This document shows, in pieces, positions 54,380 through 64,000 of a stretch of DNA of 64,000 nucleotides (positions within the stretch are counted from its first letter, which is position 1; the number at the start of each line of letters is the position of its first letter). A model generated the notes under the pieces. It made no database searches, was not told where the DNA came from, and was given only the letters and a program-made list of their open reading frames with translations. Origin of the DNA: Monocercomonoides exilis PA203 (lineage: Eukaryota > Protista > Preaxostyla); contig LSRY02000019.1 in assembly GCA_001643675.2 (NCBI GenBank), positions 744,001 to 808,000 of the forward strand. The letters run 5' to 3'. The translations under genes were made by a program, and so were the position numbers.

Positions 54380-57300
54380 CAAATATTCGTACTGAGAATG
54401 CAACAGACTCTGCGAGGATATGTTGCGGCGAGGCGGGCTGTGCTGTTTGGGGATAATGTGCGGACCTAAGATGAGGAGCTTTCGGAGATGCTTTTTGTTC
54501 CACAGTGGGGCAGCTTCCTGCTCTTGCAGAGTTTGTGAGCACGAATTCGGGGAGCAAGCCGATCTTTGAAGATGAAAATATGAATTTGTTCCAGTGGATC
54601 TCCAATCTGTTTGACCCTTCGCTGCTGCTATCAGCGATAGCGCGGCTGGTGTCGCAATCTCCGAAGTCGAGGTGCATGGTGGTGAAGCAGAACGATAAAG
54701 TGATAAGGCGAGGGGTTGCAGTGTGTGAAGTGGGGGAGATTGTGGAGAAGGGGCTGTCGGCGGCGGGGCTGAGGATGGAGGATGTAGTTCTGTCACCAGC
54801 AGCGATTGCGCTGGCTGTGCTGGAGGAGCGGGAAGAAGCAGAGGAAGGAGAAAAGGGAGGCAAAGAGGGAGGCAAAGAGGGAGAACAAAAGGGAGAAGAA
54901 GAAGAGGTATTTTGAATTCATCATGTGGGTGATTATTTTCGAAATCATAACTCTTTTTAGGGAGTGGATAATTGTGAAAATTTTAAGAATTCGAAAAATA
55001 TTTTTTTGTAGAAATGTTTTGTTCATTTTTTTGAATCGAAAGAAAAAGTTTGATGTGAAAGAAAGACAGAGATGTTTTTTGTCGTTGTTATTTTTTTCTG
55101 CGTTCACTGACAAAAATTCAAAATATAAATTTTGAACAGATAATTTTCTTCGAAAAAAATGATTTCTAAAATAATCACCCATGTTGAAGCAAAAGATTCT
55201 GTTCGACAAGCGGATATTTAAGAAGATGGGTGGGCTGGTGGAGCAGTTGCAGGAAAGGGGCAAATTCATCTGGATGTGAAAGAGGAAGATTTTGCAGCTG
55301 AGCGAGAAGCACAAGGCAGAGGCGAAGGATCCGCAGAAGCAGCCTGTTGTAATGAAAGAGAAGGTGAAGCTGATTGTGGAAAGGATTGAGAAGAAGAAGA
55401 TACTGAATCAGCAGGGCAAGGCAGTGAATTGGGATACCAAGAGGTAGATTTGCAAGGTTGTGGTTTCTTTTTTCTATAACTTCTTTGTTGGTTTCTGTGT
55501 GTGGATTGATGATTCTGTCTTCTGCTTCGTTTATTCTGCTGTTAGGGCTATGTGAAAAGCACAAGGAGAAGTTTTCCTCAAACATCGTGGTAGTCTAGCT
55601 GCTATGGCTTGGCCAGACACGCGCGGGAAAGGAGTTGTTGTGAAAGTGGGTAGCGGGGTGAGTGTTGTGGGAGGAGCAAACGGCAGTGGGGGAGGAGGAG
55701 GCAGAAGAGGGGGAACGAGATCTTTTATCAGCGAGAGATCAGAGAAGAACATTGCCGGGGCCAATAGAGGTGGTGGAGGAGGTGAAGAAGGAGCGGATGC
55801 AACTGTGTGGCAGAAGATGAATACGATGGAGAAGGAAACAAAGATGTTGAAGGAGCTGCAGAAAGTGAAGGAGCATGCAATCAGAGAGTAAAAGGAGCTG
55901 TTCAATCAAATGATAAAAAGACAGAAGAATTCAAATGCATTGAAGAAGCAGCAGTAGAAGTAAACGAAGGAGATGTTAGAAGAGAGAGTGAAGCTGCTGT
56001 ATATGCTTAATGAGAAAATGACAAACAGGGTCGAACGAAATGTTTCGCAGTGGACTATAATATCACTGAGTGTATCTTGGTCGGGCACATTTTTGGCTGC
56101 CAGTTTCCATTATTGGTGGGATTGACAGCGATGGATCGATGAATAGATCCAACGTTGAAGTTTCTAGGACAGTTGGCATACGGAATGGTGCATGTACTTA
56201 GGATGAATCCCAAGCTGCAGTTGTCTGTTTCGATAAAGTGGCAGCTAACTCCACTTATGACAGGACTGCAGCTTTTGCTGGTGCATGTGCATCCGACAAT
56301 CCGGGGGATATATGATTAATCGATTGCAGCAGACCTGAGTTAATGCATTCTTGTGTTAGAAAGTGTGTGAGTGCTGAGATGTGAACTTGGTGACTCTGTG
56401 TTCATGTGGCTGGGGGAGATGTGCGAGTTGCAGAAAAAGAGCGATGCTGCACAATGGGTTATGATCTTCGGAGTGGAGTTGTTTCAAAGGAATATGAGGA
56501 GGTATGGATGTTTGGAAAGAAGGTGCGGGAGAAGAAGAAGAGAGATGTGCTATGGTTTTCATGACAACTGTAGAGTAAAATTTGAAAGTTTTCAGTTGAA
56601 GCCACTTGCTGAAGAGTGCGAGAATTTCCTGATGATGTTGAACAGGATGTTTTGGAAATGCGTCCAAACAGCGCTTGATTAGAAGTTGGAGAAGAAGATC
56701 AAGATGTCTTTTGTGGAGTTTGAGGGGGTCACAGTGGGAGATAGGGGAGGTCAACGCGATGTGTTTCTGAGGTATTTAAAAAATAACAACCTGGCTGATG
56801 CAGTAAAGCGGAAAGATGCGATGAGGATGCAGTCAGATGCGATATGCAGTGGCAATCCAACAATTTCACCATCTTCAGCACCATCACTGTCATTGGATGT
56901 GGATTGTTGAGTCATCGCATATACTGAGACGGAGCCTCTTCTGTATGATAGCTATCCACAGACTCAACATATGCTGTCGCTTGGGATCTTTCGGAATGCG
57001 CACATGTTGTCTTGGTACTGCTTGCCGTCATTCGAATATGTGGTGAAGGCGTGCCAGCGCTATGATATCTTCATGTTGAGCTTGTTGCTACCGGATGTGT
57101 TTAATGCAGCAAACCGGCGGGTGCCTCTGACGTCGTCTGAGAACTGCGCGATCATGAAGATGGTGAGCCGGAACCTGGCGCTGTTGAAGTTGCGCTGGAC
57201 GACAGGGTGCATGTGTTTTCAGGGGAGTCGGTGGGGGGAGGGGTAGGGCTTAAACAGCATGTGGAGGAGGCTCAATCGCAGATGTGGAAGAAAGAAGAGG

Positions 57301-57480
57301 GGCGGGCGCTGTTCCGGATGGCGCGGTAACTTGTGGAGCTAATGGGGCTGCTGCTGGAGAGGAACGATGTGGAAGGGGCGATCTGCTTAGGGCTGCCTCT
57401 GGGGAACGGGCAGCGTGTGGAGCTGTTTCACAAGGCTATAGAATGGCAGAAAAAGAAAGGAGGAGCCAATATATTGTAAT
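54380..57480 (+). pseudogene. Degraded GC-richer coding-like region of unknown origin
   Basis: Short fragmented ORFs with exon-like composition and an intron-like AT block starting GTATTT at about 54907. No recognisable motif. Confidence 0.3.
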
Positions 57481-57856
57481 GCTTCTTCTTCTTATTCTTC
57501 TTCTTCTTCCTTTTCTTCTTTCTCTTCTTCTTCCCATTCGCTATCACACCTTTCCTTCTCTCCCCCTTTTTTCTCTGTTTCTCATCCTTTCCCGCCTCCT
57601 TTACGCTTCGCACTCGACATGGCACATTCTCCCTTATCTTCGCACATCCACCCTCCGCCTGCCTCATTCAACAAACAAATAGAACACGGCTCAGCAAGTT
57701 CCTCACACTTTTCTCATTTGTCTTCTTCTCCTCTTCCTCCTCTTTCTATTTCTTCTTTTTCATCCTCTTCTTCCTCTTTTTCCTTATTGTGTTAATTATC
57801 TTTCAAAAATTATTTTGAAAAAAATGATAATATAATTAACATAGAGAATGCAACAT

Positions 57857-58830
57857 TTATTCATTTTCTATTATATTTCTTAAAAAAACGCTCGAAAAAT
57901 AGAGGTTGTTGAAATAGAAGAAAGCGAAGTCGAATGTGAAGGAAAAGGAGTGGGAGAAGCAAAAAGAGAAGAGGCACCTTTTGAATTCCTCGAGCAGTTG
58001 TTGAATGAGGATATTCCAATTGAAGCAGTTCCTGATGACAAATCGTTTATCACAATGACACAACCTTCAGACAATTTCACTCCATCAGCATCAATTCCAT
58101 TCAGCACAACACTTCCACATTTTCCAATCACAAATATATCAGCTATTGATTCAATCTGTTCCAGCTTCATATTTGTCAATGAAATCTCTTCCCCACAAAA
58201 CAGAAAAAATGGTTTTTTGAATGAAAGGAGTAATACTGAGCAGTTGTCAACATGTAGAATCCCTTTTGCAATGCTCAACAATGTCGAGTTGAGAACAATA
58301 GATTCAATGTTTTCTGATTGTTCAACCGAAGAAAAATCAAAAGATGAAAGAGATAGCTGCCCACTCGCTTCATGAATGACAGAACTTCCAGAATATGAAA
58401 ACGATTGATAAAAGTTGATTTCAATCTCTCAATCCGAACTTTCTTTGAGGTTGTGATGACATTTCCCTCGTTGGCAATTGTTGAGTTCAGATGAACCAAA
58501 GCAGCTGTGGGAGATTGAAGTGAGCGGATGATCACATCCTTCGCTTCGCATTCTCCATTGATGATTGTTTCCTTTGAGATTAGCAGCTGCGAATAACGAG
58601 ATGGAATAATATGTTTCACACCCATATTCAACGACTCGCAAGGTGCATTGATCTCTCCAAATAGCTTGCTGTCTCCATGATTGTCTGCAACTGAAGACAC
58701 AAATATCGTCTCGCTCTGATATTTCACAACCCTCAGCAGAAGATCTTCTTTACACACAAATGAATCTGTTGCAAAACCGCTCATTGCAAGATCTTTCACA
58801 TTACGCTCTCTGTTGTCTGTTGAGAATTTG
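57857..58830 (-). pseudogene. Fragment of a beta-helix surface-protein family gene
   Basis: ETIFVSSVADNHGDSKLFGEINAPCESLNMGVKHI parallels STIFVSSSRGVDFTRCGTFNLPCRSLSYGWAHL in the 22-28 kb gene. It is frameshifted and truncated. Confidence 0.7.
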
Positions 58831-59489
58831 TTAAGCTTTTTAATTATAAAAATTAATATTAATAATTAAAAAAAACATTCATATTAAAGCTGAATAAAGA
58901 CCTAATGATTTGCATGTTAACATCTTAATCAAACTTGTGGCAAATATTGCTTTCTTGAAAGTTCAAATTCATAATGTCCAATGAAATATTATCTCCAAAT
59001 GAAAAATTGATCTATCAACAAATCTCAAAATTTATTTGAAAAAGAATCGAAACAAACCATGAAAATTTCATGAATCAACAATAAAAAATAATCCAATTAA
59101 ATAATACCTTTTCATATTCCTAAACAGAAATTTTTATTTTGATCAAATTATTGGATAAATTATATGTTAATCCGAAAAGTTTTTTCTCGAAATAGAAAGT
59201 CTGAATTGTTCCAACAAACGTCATTGTGAATTTCTTATTTTTTCATAAGTTTCATGGTTACGGAGTATCAAATATTAACTTTCTTGGGTCAAATTTCTGA
59301 TCTGCAGTGACTTTTCATCACAAAATACCAAAATAACACTTCAAATATTATATGTGTATTTGAATGAAATGTTTATTTATATTTTAGAGAATATTTTGAG
59401 TTAAAGGATCATTTATTGAGGAGGGCATAAAAAACCAATGAAAATGCATTTAATCCATAATAATATCCCATATATAATAAAATGAACAA

Positions 59490-60400
59490 ATATTCAATAT
59501 GGATGATTCATTAATGAGAGTTTCAGCCACTTTAAAACTGAGCGTGGTTCATCCGAAAAATGAAAATACAGTATTTCCTAAAGAACCACCAAAAATAGCA
59601 AACACAACTCTGGTTGCTGCTGTGGCTGCTGATGGATTTGCTCTTCCTTCTGTGATTCTATGGCCTAGCAAGAGCTTTCATGATGAAATGAAGCCGCTCC
59701 TATCTCAAACTCTTGATATCTGTCCGTACGGAAGTGGTTGGATGGGCTGCAACCAATACAAAAAGAAAACACTTTCAATTCTTCTTCCAGAAATCATCGA
59801 CCGCAGAAAGCGCATGTCACTTGAGTATTCTTGATGCCTGCTTCTCATCGACTCACACATTTCTCGCGCAGATCCGACAATCTGAAGAGAATTTCAAAAA
59901 GAAAATGTCGACGTTGCTTCCTCATTCCTCACACACGACATCCAGCCGCTTGACTGAAAAGTCTTCGCTGTTCTCAAAACAGAACTTCAAACAAAATATG
60001 ATCCTCCGTCTTCGTCGACATCTTCATATAAAAAAACAGCATTTGTGGATGCTCTCCCTCAAGCAATTCATCACGCTTTCTCATCTGCTGTAATTAAAAA
60101 ATCCTTCGCAACAAGTGGAGTTTTTCATTTTGAATCTGGATTGATTCTCATGAAGCTGCCAGAAACATCTGAATATCTTCCTTCAACTTATTCAAACAGA
60201 TTAGACTTCAATGGCAAATTGATAACTGATGAGAAGCTTTTGAATGATTGGAGTGAACATTTAGGAATAAAAGAAGAAGAAAAAGTTGACGATGAAAAGA
60301 ATCCTTCTGAAGAAATGAAAGAAGCAGAGTAAAAAGAAGATAATGAAGTGGAGTCTTTGGTTGAAAGTGAAAAAAAATTAAACAATAATTACCATTTGTG
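59490..60400 (+). mobile_element. pogo/Tigger-type DDE_1 transposase remnant
   Basis: Motifs IFNMDDS, TTLVAAVAADG, SGWM, LLIDSHISR, PHSSH...IQPLD (frameshifted) and IKKSFATSG. Confidence 0.8.
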
Positions 60401-60612
60401 ACCATGATAATGATGAAATTATTTTTGATAAAGAAAAAAAAAACAAGTGAAAGTTCATCATCTTTGTATTGTGAAGATGAAAACAAACGAGAGTGTACAT
60501 TTCAAGTGATGGAAAAAGTCAAAAATCGTTGTTAATATATATTAATAACAAATAACAATTTTTAAAATGAAATTTTTTTTTTGAAAAACACGAAATTCAT
60601 GAAGTTTCCATT

Positions 60613-63600
60613 TTGTGCAGCAGAAGACAAACCAATCTTTCGAACATATTTCTTTATTTGGGTCCAATGGAATTTGTATGTCCTATATGTGGAGCACTGC
60701 ATTTCAAATCAGAGATTCAAAGAAAGAGAAATAAAAATCTTAATTTAAATGACTGTTTGAGTGGATTACACAAACCTCCAATCGATATCTGTCACTTTCC
60801 AGATTTTCTCCGTTCTCTTTTTAATCATGAGCATCCAGAAAGTGACAATTTTTTTTGAAAACATCAGAAAAATTAACTGTTTTCTTGCTTACGGTTCTTT
60901 TTATGCAGAAACACCAGATTATTTCTCCATGCAATTCACTATTAAAGGAGAAACGAAGAGAAGAGCCTATCCTATGAATTCATTAAATAATAATGATCCA
61001 AAGTTTGGTAAAGTTTATATTCTTGACACAGGAGAGGCAACTGGAAAAGCTAAAAGAAACACACATAATAAGCGAGTTTCTTTTTATCTGTTTTGTTCTC
61101 AAATTTAATGGTTCCGAAATTCCAATCCATTTGCAAAAAGCTATAAAATGATGAATGATGTTTACTCAAAGGAGCGGAAAAAGGCAATGGAAATGAAAAA
61201 AAAAAATGAAAAAAGTTTGCCTCACTTTTGATCCAGAAGGCAGAAAACTTGGGAAAGAGTTTGCTGCTCCGCAATCGAACGAAGTTACTGCAGTATTCGT
61301 CAGTGACGATGGACTGCCTCCTGTGCAGCGATTAACCATATATGCTGAAAAAGACAAGTTGTCAACTATTGCCATGAACGATCCTTTGTGTGATCCACTT
61401 ATTTATTCTTTGATCTCTCCAAATGGAGAAGTTTTCGAAAACGATAAAAAGGAGAAAGTCAAAAATGAAGAAAATTCATTAAATGATGATGAAGTTGGTT
61501 TTTCAGACAAGAGACAAAGTGATAATACCAAATCTTATTCAGATAATGAAAGTAAAATGAAAAAAAAGATCATGGAAGACAAAAAAAAGAAGATTCAGAT
61601 CAAATATAAGAACACATGCACTCAACATGATTGCAATCAGAAATTCATGGCCTCCAATTCATCTTGGAGGAAAACTGTTTCAACAATATATCGTGGATTC
61701 CTTCCATCGAATAGAAGGAATGAAGACTTTGTACTATCATACACATCAACATCAAATTTTCCGATGTAATTGTAATCAACTGAATGATGCGTTAAATAAC
61801 AATGTTTTCGATGTTAATACTCATTCATCATCTTCCTCTTTATCCTCTTCCTCATCTTCTTTGTATCAAAAAATATTGTTGGGAAGAAGAATAATACTTC
61901 CTTCCTCCTTTGTTGGAAGTCCCAGGTGATCAAAACAATTCTATATGGACTCCATGAGCATTGTATCAAAATATGGAAAGCCAGATATCTTTCTGACTTT
62001 CACGTACAATCCTTAATGGACTGAAATGATCGAGAACATCGCTTCGCCGCACATTCACCAAGCTGATAGGCCAGATCTAATTGCAAGAGTATTCAAACTC
62101 AAGCTCGATGAATTAATGAGAGACATAAAGAAGGGAATACCATTCTGTTCACTCAAGGCATATGTATATAAAATTGAGTTTCAGAAAAGTGAACTACCGC
62201 ATTGCCATTTGCTTCTCACTTTGCATGATCAAAACAAACCAATAACATCAGAGGATATTGACAAACGCATATGTGCAGAAATTCCCCTTCCCAGTGAAGA
62301 TGGATCAAATAATAATTTGAGAGAAATAGTATTGATGCATATGGTTCATAGATCATGTGGGTTAGATAAACCAAATGCCCAATGAATCGCTGATGGAAAG
62401 TATCAAAAGCTCTTTCCGAAACAAATTATGTGAAGAAACAACCAAGGATAGACAAGGTTTCATTACATACAGAAGAAGAAAAGGTGAAGTGGTCTTTTTA
62501 AACAAAAAAGAAATTGATAATAGATGGATCGTTACATACAATCCCCACCTGCTTCGAAAGTTCAATACTCATATCAACGTTGATATATGTTCCTTTGTAA
62601 ACAGTGGAAATATCTTTACAAATATGTGCACAAAAGTCCAGATAGAGCTCGCATGAAAATTTTGAACAAATAAATTTCTTTAAGTTCAGATGGATCAATA
62701 ACAATCACTTCTCCATCTTAATCCGCATCCACATTGAATTCATCTTCAACGATCTCTTATTATGTGAAGACAGAAAATGAATAAGAAAATAGAGAAACAG
62801 AAAAAATAGACGAAATCAGAAACTTTATTGAAATGAGATATATCAGATCCCCAAAAGCATGTTGGAGGTTGTTCGAATAATGAATTCAAAGAATGTCACA
62901 AACTATATTTTGTTTGGCTGTTCATCTTCCTGACAAGCAGTTTGTTTTCTTTCGTCTGGGAAAAGAATATAAAGCTATGGAAAAGGCACAACACAAAGAT
63001 TCAACGCTGACTGCATTCTTTAAATTGAAAGCTGAGAGTCAAAAGAAATATGGAGAGAACATTTCAGATGATCCCCATAATTCAAGATCTTTGACATATT
63101 CAGAGGTTGGAAGCAAATTCATTTTCGACAAAAAGATTCATTCCTGGAAATATCGAAGCTACAAATCAAAAATTGTCACAAGGTTGTACACAGTCAGTCC
63201 AAGAGATCAAGAAAGATATTATCTTCGTCTGCTGCTTTTGAATGTTATAGGTCCAACATCTTATGAGTATCTGAAAACATACGACAACCACATTCATAAC
63301 ACTTTCAAGGAAGCCGCAGCATCCAGAGGTTTGTTGTCAGAAGATTTTAACTGGGACCAATGTTTGGAAGAAGTTCCCTCAGTTGGATTGCCAAATCAAC
63401 TCCGAAAGGTATTCGCACAAATTCTGATTTTCAACAATGTTGTAAATCCAGAGGAGTTGTGGAAGAAATTCAAAAAGAACAAGTCCGAAGATTATTTGAT
63501 GAAAGGAGACGAGGAAAATTCCGCGTATTTAAAAGCTTTCTACGATACGTATTTTTTATTTCGTTCCGAAAATAAAAATCTTGAAGATCTGTTATCTGCC

Positions 63601-64000
63601 CCTCCCTGACCTATACCCATTAAATGCATTGATGATTTATCACAAGATGATCAAATATTATTAGCTTCAAGAAATATTCAGTTGCTAAATGAAAAACAAA
63701 AGGAGGCGTTTGAGAGTATCAAAGAAAGAATCCTGAGTTCATCTCTAGGTTCAACAGTGCGCAATTGTCATTTTTTGGATGGACCAGGTGGAAGTGGTGA
63801 AACTTTTCTATGCAAAGTGATTTTCCATTATTTGTCTGCACATTCAGTTATATGCCAATGTGTTGCTTGGACTGTGATCGCTGCATCTTTGCTCCAAAAG
63901 GGAAAGATGTTCACTGTTTTTTTCCTCTTCTTGTGCCCGTTGAGGAACATAATGCAATTTCTCTAATGGAACAAAATTTATAAATAGCTCGATCATTTAG
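60613..64000 (+). mobile_element. Helitron Rep-helicase pseudogene (runs off the window end)
   Basis: Motifs CPICGALHF, GGKLFQQYIVD, ILPSSFVGSPR, YGKPDIFLTFT, DRPDLIARVF, EFQKSELPHCHLLL (HUH), YNPHLLRKFNTHINV, KYLYKY, ERYYLRLLL and a PIF1-type Walker A (DGPGGSGET, K to E). Many stops and frameshifts. Confidence 0.93.

Noticed and set aside
48223-60400. One pogo element split by about 11 kb of nested insertions
   Set aside because: No TIRs, TSDs or junction evidence link the two remnants, and the 48 kb assignment is itself weak.

Overview
Eukaryotic (protist) genomic DNA in the standard genetic code, with short AT-rich spliceosomal introns and many Ser-rich low-complexity proteins. The gene style resembles an oxymonad such as Monocercomonoides; this is an inference. 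Positions 1-47.4 kb are gene-dense. They hold a 5'-truncated giant Ser/Gln-rich ORF, MROH1/HEATR7A, thioredoxin, a decayed FHA-kinase (Chk2-like) pseudogene, a large beta-helix-type surface protein, NTF2 (its reading frame is not in the ORF track), PNO1, phosphoglucomutase, an apparently catalytically dead M28/ERMP1-like membrane protein, an ARM-repeat protein and UBE2T. A TA-flanked pogo/Tc1-type MITE and a large foldback lie upstream of thioredoxin. From about 47.5 kb to the end the window is a transposon graveyard: a second foldback, a surface-protein pseudogene fragment, a pogo DDE remnant and a Helitron Rep-helicase remnant. The most notable item is a decayed Sola-like DDD transposase gene with a complete ubiquitin-specific protease (USP, peptidase C19) domain in the same reading frame. 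All exon models were built by eye and no database searches were run.
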